A stretch of 64,000 nucleotides of DNA. It comes from Paramoeba atlantica (Eukaryota > Protista > Discosea). Under the pieces are notes generated by a model. The model did no database searches, was not told the DNA's origin, and was given only the letters and a program-made list of their open reading frames with translations. Made by a program: the position numbers and the translations under genes. Of the stretch, positions 36,638-46,400 are shown piece by piece. The stretch is from assembly GCA_977017575.1 (NCBI GenBank), contig CDRNVI010000045.1, positions 248,001 to 312,000 of the forward strand, in the 5' to 3' direction. Numbering within the stretch: position 1 is the first letter of the stretch; every line of letters starts with the position of its first letter.

Positions 36638-39337
36638 TTACGACGGGGCTCGCCCGCTCCACCCCTTCGCAAGTATCACCCCATGCGAAGTATCAAATTT
36701 TCCGCGACTCCACGGATCTGCGAGGTTTTGTTTTGTATTAACGTATGATGTTGAATGTATAATATTCATCTCGCGTAAATAGGTTAGCATTCGATATAAT
36801 ACCTCGGCCAATCCCTCCGAATCCGCCCAATTACGTGTCATGGCGGGTTGCACACTAGTGTTATCTACGTATACGTGGAGACGTTTGTTCTCGTGCCAAT
36901 ACGCCTCAAACGTATGTAAGGCCCGCTCGACAGCCAAAATTTCCGCTTTGTTTATTTCATAGGGTTCTTCCCATAAGCTGCCTGTGGCCGTCATTGGGCC
37001 TATTGAAGGGAATAATACTGCGCCCCATCCAGCTTTCGACGCGTCGGTGTACATTACTGTTACTGGGGTACTGACGTCTGCGCAAGCGCGCCATGGATTC
37101 TTATGTATTTGGTATACCCATTCGTTCATTTGCTGGTATATGTTAGCGGATGGCACAATTGTATCTGTGTCCTGCATCACCCCTCTATTTAATTTTGAGA
37201 GCTGTCTTCTAATATATTTTATCACCCAATAGTACTTTGGTAATAAGATCCCTGATACCGCGGATGCATAAATGAGGCGAGCAATTAAGGATTCGTATAC
37301 GTGAAGTTGCGCCAACTCGGGTGCTTGTTTTGGGATCTTGTTGAGAAAACGCTCTCCTATTCGGCATTTTTGCTGGCTATGGTCATATTCTATTCCCAGG
37401 AAATTGTAGTTCGTACCTATGTAAGAATCACTCGGTTTGAAGGTCATTCCAATATCTTTAGCCCGTTCCTCCAGCCACTGTTCGTATACATGGCTTTGCT
37501 CTGCTGTGCCACTGAAGCGGATCCCGTCCAGATAGATATCTAACTGTCCCTTGAATCGATGTGCCAATGAGGTATACTTCCCGTCTCCAGCTAAGACACT
37601 GGTTGCTATATGTTGAATCTCTGGCGCGCACGCATGTCCCATGGGCATGCGCTTCAGTTGGTATAGGCCGCCGTTATATGCGAAACGATAATGTGCCCGA
37701 GCTTCAACCGGCAATTCTACTTGGTAAAAACCACAACTGAGGTCTCTCTTCACTGCATACTGTTGTTGTACGGCAGGCATATACATCGTGGGGTGTCCTA
37801 TTGGTACGTCAGCTTTATATGCATCCTCAATAGCAGCATTATGTTCTTTAGGCCAACAAATAAATCGCCTACGTAATCCAGTGTCGCGTTCTTCGACGTT
37901 CGTAAAAGGGTGTACGATTCCTTTGGTCGGATATTTGTTCAATGTTTGGTCATTTACTCTTTCCAGGACATCAACATCGATCAAGATGCATACGTCTTTC
38001 TTGCTCAGACATGTGGGAGATACGAGAGGTATAGTGGTGATTGGTGCATCGTTCGTTGGGTTAATAAGTAGTTCCCACACTTGTGTGAAGCGCTCTCGCG
38101 TAGGCGCATTCATCAAAGAAGTTAAACGTTCCAGGTACAGCGGCGGTACATGTTTCGCGTGGATAGGTAGCGTCTGCATCTGCTCCGCCGTAGGGCGGCA
38201 TGTTCGGCGAAACATTCTGGTTATCGTACGTCGAATACCGTACTGCATTTTCTCCGTGATTCCGATCCACCCACCTTGGTATTCGAGCGTCTTAGATTTC
38301 ATAGGAGTTTGGTCAGCTTCTGACTTCCCAGTGCCAGTGCCGTAGTCTCGTTCATACCTGCATAGCGCATAAGGGTTGACAATTGTTTGTGTTTGGCCAG
38401 CTGCATGACTTGCGGCATAGTTATGGAGCCTTTGGCGACTTGCCTCATCAGGTATTGGACTGATCCATGCTTGAGGGAGTGGGAACTGTAATTGCTCCCC
38501 AGTCCTTTCTTGAGCGTCCGAGTGAGGTCTTGTGTTGTACAGTTGCTGATCCGCTGATGCGGGCTTAACCTCTTCAGGTAGTTGTAGATACGCCTGGTGG
38601 TTTCTCCCTCGATTACCACTAGATTGTCGGGGCGGAATGGTTATGCCTTGGAGGTTTTCGATTTCGTACCCCAGTTGATGATAGTACGTGACGGGCGGAG
38701 CACTATAACATCCTTCCTGCGTAGCTTGGCGATTTCCCCAGCCCGGGAAGCTGTTTTGAAAGCAAGGAGTGCAACCACTGCTCTGTCTTCCGGCATGCTC
38801 ATAAGCGTTTTCTGCAAATCCTTCTTGGTTACTGGGGCCGCCTGGTGCTGTGGGATAGATGCCCCCTTGCGGATCAACACTTTCGTGTACATTTGGGATT
38901 GCCGCGTAGAGAGTTCCAGTCGCTTCAAAATTGCTATAAGGTGTTTTAGGTACGTGAGCTTGGTCTGTGTAGATATCGGGCGTCCCATAATAAATCGTAT
39001 GACCCCCGTATCCGTAATGGGTATTCCCACACTCCGCATATGGCATAGCAGACGGCACCTGGTAGTCCATGTTGTCTCCGCCCACATAGGCTTCAACGCC
39101 TCCATTACCGAAGGAGATGTCACGTTGAGGAAATTGGACATAACGTAATAGGGGGTCTGTTCCTGGGGTATGTTGTGTCTCGGTGGCTGGGTGATATTCG
39201 ATATTTTGATGTGGGATCCATTGGTCTGACGATGAGCCTTGGTGATGATACGTCGGGTAGTGGATCTGTGGGTATCGATATTGCTGATTCGAAATTTGCA
39301 CGTGTGGGACGGTAGTTTTTCCGTTTGTGTCTTGCAA
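36638..39337 (-). CDS. RT-RNase H ORF of YR element 3 (intact, 899 aa; N-terminal third overprinted on YR)
   Basis: KRDLSCGFYQ, PMGHACAP, YLDG, YTDAS, NKAEILA, YVDNTS and NLADPWSRG. Confidence 0.9.
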   Translation of the reverse strand: MQDTNGKTTVPHVQISNQQYRYPQIHYPTYHHQGSSSDQWIPHQNIEYHPATETQHTPGTDPLLRYVQFPQRDISFGNGGVEAYVGGDNMDYQVPSAMPYAECGNTHYGYGGHTIYYGTPDIYTDQAHVPKTPYSNFEATGTLYAAIPNVHESVDPQGGIYPTAPGGPSNQEGFAENAYEHAGRQSSGCTPCFQNSFPGWGNRQATQEGCYSAPPVTYYHQLGYEIENLQGITIPPRQSSGNRGRNHQAYLQLPEEVKPASADQQLYNTRPHSDAQERTGEQLQFPLPQAWISPIPDEASRQRLHNYAASHAAGQTQTIVNPYALCRYERDYGTGTGKSEADQTPMKSKTLEYQGGWIGITEKMQYGIRRTITRMFRRTCRPTAEQMQTLPIHAKHVPPLYLERLTSLMNAPTRERFTQVWELLINPTNDAPITTIPLVSPTCLSKKDVCILIDVDVLERVNDQTLNKYPTKGIVHPFTNVEERDTGLRRRFICWPKEHNAAIEDAYKADVPIGHPTMYMPAVQQQYAVKRDLSCGFYQVELPVEARAHYRFAYNGGLYQLKRMPMGHACAPEIQHIATSVLAGDGKYTSLAHRFKGQLDIYLDGIRFSGTAEQSHVYEQWLEERAKDIGMTFKPSDSYIGTNYNFLGIEYDHSQQKCRIGERFLNKIPKQAPELAQLHVYESLIARLIYASAVSGILLPKYYWVIKYIRRQLSKLNRGVMQDTDTIVPSANIYQQMNEWVYQIHKNPWRACADVSTPVTVMYTDASKAGWGAVLFPSIGPMTATGSLWEEPYEINKAEILAVERALHTFEAYWHENKRLHVYVDNTSVQPAMTRNWADSEGLAEVLYRMLTYLREMNIIHSTSYVNTKQNLADPWSRGKFDTSHGVILAKGWSGRAPS
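38299..39200 (-). pseudogene. Tyrosine recombinase of element 3 with one in-frame TAA (38641-38643)
   Basis: FKTASRA, KSKTS, HSLKHG, LAKH and LMRY. Confidence 0.85.
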
Positions 39338-39555
39338 ACGGGTCGGATAGAGGTGCTGGTCCGTAATACTGGCTGATAAATGTTTTTCCGTTTTGTACTT
39401 GCTTTGTTTATTGTAATTTGACTTTGTATTTTTATTTTCGTTTTCGTGTTCTGCTTCATATTGATATTTTTGTATTTTGGATTCTGTATTTGATCTTTTA
39501 ACTTCCTTTTTATTGGTGTGTACTTGCTTTTCCTCGGGGGGAGGACTCTTGAGAG

Positions 39556-40806
39556 TCAGTGCTGTGGACCGATCCCCCGTCCACGAAAATCCGGAGCGCG
39601 TGGTGCGATGGTCGCTTGACGCGTAATGCCATGTTCTAGTATGCCAGTCCGATTTATGGGGGTCCGATTTGCATATACTCGCCCTCGTATCGGCATGCGA
39701 GGCGTATAGCGGGTCCGCTGGGATCCACGGCTCGTATACGTGGTTGCTTGATTGTAGGTTACGCTTTGCTCAATTACATTACCAAGTCGGTCCTGTGGGT
39801 CTTTCTGGGTAACGTATTGTGAGCGTATATATCGAGCATCTGCTCCTCGATATATTCCTTGCAGAATGCGTATCTGGTCAACTGTGCTTTGGCCGACGTT
39901 TTTGTGATTGACGGCGTCGCTGTTCACGCCCCCTCTTTCTGCGCTATCGTCTATCCAAGCACACAAGATATCCCAAAGGGCTTGTAGCTGTGGTGACATT
40001 CGAGAAGGGAGATCCAGCGCCGTTCGCAACCGCTGTTTCAATATTTCAATCCCTAGTGGCCCCTGGGTAATGTATGTGTTCCATGTTGTAACGTCCCGGA
40101 GGTTGAAACTGTCGTTCGTCTCTTCTGATGGTGCAGTTTCATCGTCCGATTCGGGCAATTTGCCTGGCATCTTTGGCTCACTTGCTGATATCACGATGCG
40201 CGTATAACACACGTTGCTATTAGGCAGAGGATAGTTACCCCATGGGTAGGAAACAATGATAGGATTTTCCTCGTCTCCATTGTCCTCTACCGTACCTCGC
40301 CATGTTGTCGCTGTCTCTTTCCTACCTCCAACGGGGAACCAGGTTACTTCGACTTCTATGTCATTCTGTTGCATGGTCGCCATAACCTCATTGACTTGAC
40401 TCTCTACTTCCTCTGGGAGCATAACCCTTTGTGCGGCGTATTGCTTGTTGAGCTCTTCTGGCACACTGCATCTCTTTTTCAAGGAGGTTGGAAGAGGACA
40501 TAAGGTGTTCCCAGGTGCTTGTCCGTGTCGCGGTGCAGATGGATCCGTAATGTTTGTCTCTTTTCGCCTTTTCCGTTCACGCTCCTCCATCGCATCAACC
40601 TTCGAAGTGACTTTTTCAAGTGCACGCGTTAGCTTTTCCACGACTGTATTGACCTGTTCGGTGAGGAAAACATCTGGAAGTGAGTGGCTCGAAGTGATTT
40701 GTGTCGAATTCGGTTTTGGGTAATATGTGCCGCACGTTTGTTCAGTGTCGCTATCCGTGGCATAGTCCTCTTGAGAATCATGTGCTTTCGAACGTGTTTG
40801 CACCAT
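39556..40806 (-). CDS. gag-like ORF1 of YR element 3 (MVQTRSK...)
   Basis: Open frame upstream of YR; a second copy lies at 51393; preceded by an SL. Confidence 0.85.
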   Translation of the reverse strand: MVQTRSKAHDSQEDYATDSDTEQTCGTYYPKPNSTQITSSHSLPDVFLTEQVNTVVEKLTRALEKVTSKVDAMEERERKRRKETNITDPSAPRHGQAPGNTLCPLPTSLKKRCSVPEELNKQYAAQRVMLPEEVESQVNEVMATMQQNDIEVEVTWFPVGGRKETATTWRGTVEDNGDEENPIIVSYPWGNYPLPNSNVCYTRIVISASEPKMPGKLPESDDETAPSEETNDSFNLRDVTTWNTYITQGPLGIEILKQRLRTALDLPSRMSPQLQALWDILCAWIDDSAERGGVNSDAVNHKNVGQSTVDQIRILQGIYRGADARYIRSQYVTQKDPQDRLGNVIEQSVTYNQATTYTSRGSQRTRYTPRMPIRGRVYANRTPINRTGILEHGITRQATIAPRAPDFRGRGIGPQH

Positions 40807-40848
40807 TTCCACTTTTATTCGTGCGAAATACAAATAAGAAAAGTCTGT

Positions 40849-40863
40849 CAACAAGGTACAGAA
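40849..40863 (-). other. SL exon 3' 15 nt (TTCTGTACCTTGTTG) trans-spliced onto element 3 mRNA
   Basis: Replaces the sequence upstream of the AG seen in unspliced copies (51349-51350, 40966-40967, 36282-36283). Confidence 0.9.
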
Positions 40864-41268
40864 TATTTATCTTATGTACTTGCTAGATCTTTACTTGCTG
40901 TTACTTACGACGGGGCTCGCCCGCTCCACTTTTATTCGTGCGAAATACAAATAAGAAAAGTCTGTCTAATTTTGCAAATAATATCATGCCGTAGTTCACG
41001 AATAAGTCCTTCATGTTTTCCTTAATTCCTGACACTAGTACAAAGGCCCAATTACATTTCCAAGAGTTTTATAACAAGGTACTAAGGAACTAGGGAGGGT
41101 GTCATTCAGCATAATCTTTGGAGAAGATTACCCCCATGACCCCCTTCACCCCTCCCTCTGACCACCCACCGTGCTACCCGCCGCGCTTCGGCCGCGCCAC
41201 CCGCTGCTCTCCCCGCCGTGCTCCCCGCATCCCTCCCCGCTGAGCTCCCCACCCGTGCTCCCCGCCAC

Positions 41269-41364
41269 GCCACCCGCCGCGCCACCCGCCACGCCACCCG
41301 CCGCGCCACCCGCCGTGCCACCCGCCGCGCCACCCGCCGCGCCACCCGCCGCGCCACCCGCCGC
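41269..41364. repeat. 12-bp GC-rich minisatellite (GCCACCCGCCGC) x8 inside SINE-1
   Basis: Direct tandem repeat with degenerate flanks 41165-41390. Confidence 0.95.
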
Positions 41365-41796
41365 GCTCCCTGCCACACTCCCCGCCGCGCTTGTTTTCGA
41401 CCCCCTGCGCCGCCCTTGCCAACACCCCCATCGCCACGCCCTTTGCATGGGTCGCCCGGTGTCAAGATAACAAGACACTAAACAACTAGGGCATGACACC
41501 TCATTCTCCCGGAGGAGGCAAGTCGGGTGTCTACATGCTGCGGTTGAGCCTAGGCTCTCGCGCTGTAGATTTACTCCCCGCGTGGAGCACCCGCACCGCT
41601 ACCTACGCGGAAAGTGAGGAGGCCACATCTCTTCGGAGACAAATGGCCCGGACCCAACAACAACAACAACATAGGGCGCGCCCGAGGCGGACGGGGAATG
41701 GCCTCCCGAAACGGCCACAACATCGCCGGGTCAAAGTGACTCGGCCCCGGGGCCGGACGCCCCATCAAACTGTACGGGGAGGGAGAAGACCGTACA

Positions 41797-42096
41797 GTGC
41801 ACCTAATGCAAAGTTTCCTCGGCGCCGGCCGATCTTTCCCAGAAGAGGGGTCATTATTACAAACAAAAATACCAAAAAATATAGTTATACAGCAATTATC
41901 AGAAGAAACAGTCTGCCAAGAAGTTTTGAAAGCCGAAAATGTCTTTCGCGAGAAGTTCGCGGAAGGAACAATGGACATTATGCGTCGCATATGGCGACGG
42001 TATCAAAGTTATGTGGGGCGGCTCCGAGAATACGGACATTACCTCGAGGAGGAGATATACCTAGCCGCATTTGCGGTGCATCTGAACGAGGTTTAA
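41797..42096 (+). pseudogene. Unassigned coding fragment, possibly a DDE transposase C-terminus (Harbinger/IS5-like)
   Basis: EGTMDIMRRIWRR...EIYLAAFAVHLN loosely resembles ExxFGxLKxRW...IxxACxxLHN. Weak. Confidence 0.25.
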
Positions 42097-42415
42097 AGCG
42101 ATAAAACGGTTGCTCAATACCTTTGCCATTTAGAGAACGAATACGCTTTGCCAGGATCGCCGCTCCCATTATTAGTTTACGTGATGAAATTTAGACGAGT
42201 AATAAGTGCATTTGTGCTGCCCCCCCGAGAAGGGGGGGTGTGAAAATTCACCAAAAATATTTGAATACAATAATTTATTATGTAACGCACGTGTACTAAA
42301 TTCTAATACAGAATTTAGTACAGAATTTAGAACTTTATTCATTTATTAATATATTTATTAATATATTTGTAGAATACATTCACCTTCAATACACGATACG
42401 TACAAGTCTTTGACA

Positions 42416-42660
42416 ATGAGCCGGATTGCGGAAGCTGTGCGTAGAACCTTATCCCTTTCTCGTGCGCAAAGTCCTGAACCTGATGATCCCGTCCAATCCA
42501 CGCGACGCACGCTCGAACGTACTTTAAATCCTGATGAAGTGCATCAACCTCCTCAAAATGACAGGGTAATGCCAGGATCACGGTTGGAAGAATTCTGTGA
42601 GCGTGTACGTGTTTTCTTGCGCAAAGGGCACAAAGCTAAGGTTCAAGCTGAGGTTTTGTT
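42416..42660 (+). pseudogene. gag N-terminal fragment homologous to element 2 gag
   Basis: MSRIAEAVRRTL..SPEPDDP..RTLNPDEV..EFCERV versus MAGILNTVRRTL..SPNPQDP..HTLNPEQV..EFAAKV. Confidence 0.8.
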
Positions 42661-42692
42661 AAAGGTTAAGGTTTTGTTAAGGTTTTGTTTAA

Positions 42693-42821
42693 GGCAGGTT
42701 GGCCGAGGGTTCCGGTGGGGGGGAATCCCGTTAACAACGTGACACATGATTATTTGTTTTATGCAGGCTTTCTTTTGAACTATGTTTGTGCATGTGAATT
42801 CTATCTATATATCGTATTATG
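42693..42821 (+). repeat. Inverted copy of about 29971-30106 (YR B-repeat fragment)
   Basis: Reverse-complement match. Confidence 0.85.
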
Positions 42822-43119
42822 GAATCTCATTCGTTGAATCGTTCAACGAACCGACGGCGCTTCGTTGAATATTCAACGAAGTAGAGACGTAGCCCATAAC
42901 TTAAATAACATTACATGTCAGAAAATATTTCACAATTTTCAAGACTTCTATAACAGCACATACTCATTTTTTTTTAACATACTCATTTTCCGGACATTGG
43001 AATATTACCTATCAAATAATTATATTAGGACCGGAATCCAATCAATATCCGAAAGACTCAAGGCGGGCATCCAACATTAGAAAAAGGTGACCCGGACAGA
43101 AGAAAGGCAAAGCCCCGCT

Positions 43120-43379
43120 TCAACAACGAAGCCCTCCTACCCACTGTACGGCAGGAATGTATTGTCGTAGTTGAGAAACAACTGCATAAGCAGAGAATTT
43201 TTCAATTTCGAGCTGAAAGGCTTGACGCACTACTTGAGTATCGCAGTCAGCCCTTTTCGACAAAGCCTTGAGGAGACTTTTCGTTTCTTCATGCAACAGG
43301 CCGTAATCAGTCATTGAGATGCATTGAAAAGATTCCGGGTCCATCCCTTTCTCTTGCACGTATTTCCGGTTTTTCCTTT
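43120..43379 (-). pseudogene. CRE C-terminal fragment of the same subfamily as the 43442 ORF
   Basis: FQCISMTDYGLLHEETK...VVSQLRQYIP..WVGGLR versus FRCLATSDCGLLHNDTK...VVSQLREYIP..WIGGLR. Confidence 0.85.
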
Positions 43380-43415
43380 CTTTAACGATAAAGATACAGT
43401 TTCTGTACCTTGTTG
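43380..43415 (+). other. Spliced-leader exon (36 nt) at the 5' end of a CRE copy
   Basis: Identical to 54835-54870; contains CAGTTTCTGTAC; not followed by GT. Confidence 0.9.
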
Positions 43416-43441
43416 ATTTTTTTTATATCAATTTAATCACT

Positions 43442-46400
43442 ATGACGCGCCCTGCTCGGGGATCCGCCAACACACCGAAGAGTATGAGTGTGAAATCTGG
43501 TCGTGTAACTGTAAAAATACGGACGCAAGACACGAACAGCAAAGAAAAGATCGTAAAAAGCGATGCAGCAATTAAGAATTCTACCACGGAAAAGCCGAAG
43601 AAAACACCACGCATCCGAGTCATTGGAGCCGAACCTTTATCGAAGAACTGGGTCGATCACGGAACACCCACCATCACCCCGGTAAAGAACATCATCAAAA
43701 TTACTCCGCAAAAATTCAAAATAGTCTCGAACCAAGAAAACTCTGGAAACGCACGCGAAATCAATACACAATTTTCGTTTCCAACAGCTGAAAACGGGCA
43801 AGAGAGTGACATCGAAAGTGAGCGTGATCAAATGACGCTAGACAGTGATTCCGACGCTGATCAGGGAGAAATGGCGATGCGAAACAACAGCACAAAAGCA
43901 GCAGATCAAGTTCACAACACTGTGGCGAAATGGGGGAAAGGCACTGAATGCGTAATAGAATGGGGGTTTCGGCAGAATTCAGAGAGCTACAAATCGAAAG
44001 GGACTGTTGTTGGACGAACCGCGCGAAAAGGCAATGTTAAAATTAAAGCATCCTACGAACCAGCCTTAGGAAACCAAGGACCCAGCGGCGTCTTATACCT
44101 TCCACAGTCGGACAAAATTAAAATCTACAGTCTTCGGGCGACGAAACTTCTTCAAGTGGAGACGGCGATCCAGAACCTGGAGGAGGAATCAGAAAATGTC
44201 TCGTCTGACGACAGTGGCTGCGATCTCGACCCCCTCCCGGACCTTCCCAACATCGAGCCATCCTTCGCGGTGCATGTGGTAGCAATCTTCCGGGCGATTA
44301 TCCGAGGCTATGCCACTGTTGAACTTGATTCTGAGAAAGCAGCGATCTGGCACAAATTTATGAATGCGCCGCGAGACTCACTTGCTACAGTGCGGGATGC
44401 AATTAGAACCCAAAGAGTGGGACACGTGCGAAAGGAACGTAACGAGCTATCAGATGGCATAAATCTAAGTGCAGAACAACGAGCCGAACTAGAAATCGAC
44501 AGGCGCGCGATCCGAAACGCGTTGCGAACAGCCAAAGCAGGGAATCTGGGGAAAGCCACTCGAATTCTAGATAACGTTTACAAGGACTCCACTCTTTCGG
44601 CCGAAGAAAAATTTCAGAAACTACGAGAATTGCATCCTGATGGACCCCCTATCCAAATACCGGAAGCTGACTTCCCACGCATCGGAGTTGTTGAAAGCTC
44701 GGAACTTCGTCTGGCAGTTGAGAAATTGGCTCGTGGAGCTTCCCCCGGACCAAGCGGGCTAAGTGAGAGTATGATGCGGTTGCTTGTAGACGATGATGTA
44801 TCATGCCTTTCACTGTGCCACATGGTTCGAGATGTAATCAACGGAGAAGTTCCACTAAGCGTCCGGAAGCGCCTTACTCGCTGCAGAATCATCGCCCTAC
44901 CAAAGCCGCAGAATGGGATACGTCCAGTTGCCATGGGAGACACTATTTTGAAAATCTGTGGATCTATTCTACTGCAGCGACATGAAACCACCTTGAAGAC
45001 ATTCTTTGCACCAATTCAACGAGGAGTCCTACACAAAAATGCCTGCGAAACCATCGTCCACGAATTGCTTCAAGAATACGAGGACGGACATGCGTTGCTT
45101 ACGGTAGATTTCAGCAATGCGTATAATACCCCGCGACGCGATGCCATTGCACAAACACTGGTAAGCAATCCCATATTCAAACCTTTCCTGCGCCTGTTCT
45201 ACTTTGAGTATGGGCTACCTTCGGAGCTCCTCTTCTTCGCGCATAATGCCCTCTACGCCGTCTTGGAAAGTTCTTCCGGAATCCGCCAAGGTTCAGCTCT
45301 ATCCTCCATGTACTTCTGTGCCCTTCTACAAAGCCCAATACGAGAAGTAGCCAGCCTATATCCCGACGTAACGATCAGAGCATACCAGGATGACGTGACC
45401 CTAAGCTCGAAAAACGTGTTGTCACTTGAGGCAGCGTTCTTGCACTTGCGCGAACTTACCAGTGATCTTAACCTGCATGTCAAGTTTCAGAAATGTGAAT
45501 GGTTCCAAAAGAATACTACATTTGATGACGAACTATTGTCCCTGAACCGCTTAGGTGTTAACTCCCGGAATGATGCGCTTAAAATATTGGGAGCGTACAT
45601 AGGAGCAAATGAGGTGATAAAAGATCTTCTTCTACGGAAGATGGAAAAACACAAATGCCTCTTCCGTCGACTCCTGCTAATGGGTCCAAGCAATCTGTCC
45701 CTCGCAATTCTACGTCGATGCACAATTCCGCGACAAGATTATCATATGCGAGTTCATCGTCCGGAAGCAACCACGCGGCTAGCCGAAGCCTTCGAAGACC
45801 ACGTTCAACAAGTTCTTAAGAAATGGTGCGGAGCTGACACACAAGCCTTGCAACTAGCGGTACTTCCTCAGAAACTAGGCGGCCTAGGATTGATCTCCTC
45901 GACTTTGAAGCAGAAATACTACTTTGAAACTGCCCGGAAATCTATTGTTGAGCACCCAAAACCCAATAACGCTCCAGTAGGTATAAAAGGTGGAGATAAA
46001 GTACACGCCAACGGACAAAGTCGTAGTGAAGTCGCCCAGAAGCTGCTGAAAAAGAAGATGAAAGAAGAACACGAAAAGAAGGCTTACGAGCTGCGGAAGA
46101 ATTCGCAATTGGAGCTTGTAATGAAACGCACTATGGAGAACAACTTGCATCTCGAAAGCACGAGCAATTATATCAATCCTTATTTATTTCGATACACACT
46201 CATGATGCGGTTAGGAATCAGTTTACCCCAAGCTCCTGCCAAAGTCACATGCCCTGGATGCTGCACCCAAGAATCCCCATCCAGCATCATTCCACATGTT
46301 GCAGGCTGCTCTCGTTGCTCTGGTATGAACTGCACACGCAAACATTCCCACATCGTCCGCTACCTATCAGAGTTATGTTCCAAAGCAGGTCTTCCGAACA

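Larger units (their letters stand above)
35948..41074 (-). mobile_element. VIPER/TATE-like YR element 3, near full length, with split direct repeats
   Basis: gag-YR-RT/RH order; TATAA core at both ends (35948-35952, 41070-41074) and at the internal B1|A2 junction (36386-36390); B1 36391-36657, A2 36243-36390, B2 35953-36225. Confidence 0.9.
35773..41669 (+). mobile_element. SINE-like retroposon copy 1 (about 775 bp after removing the nested YR element)
   Basis: 15-bp TSD CATAGGGCGCGCCCG at 35758-35772 and 41670-41684; (CAA)5 tail at 41655-41669; four bulged-hairpin modules; 3' hairpin shared with copy 2. Confidence 0.8.
35042..41739 (+). pseudogene. gag-like ORF (35042-35772 joined to 41685-41739) interrupted by SINE-1
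   Basis: Removing the TSD-flanked insert restores an in-frame RGG-rich end (GPFRGIGRARGGRGMASRNGHNIAGSK*). The N-terminus is coiled-coil-like. Confidence 0.65.

Noticed and set aside
43380-43415. SL RNA gene
   Set aside because: The exon is followed by ATT (AAC in the other copy), not a GT intron, and there is no tandem SL array.
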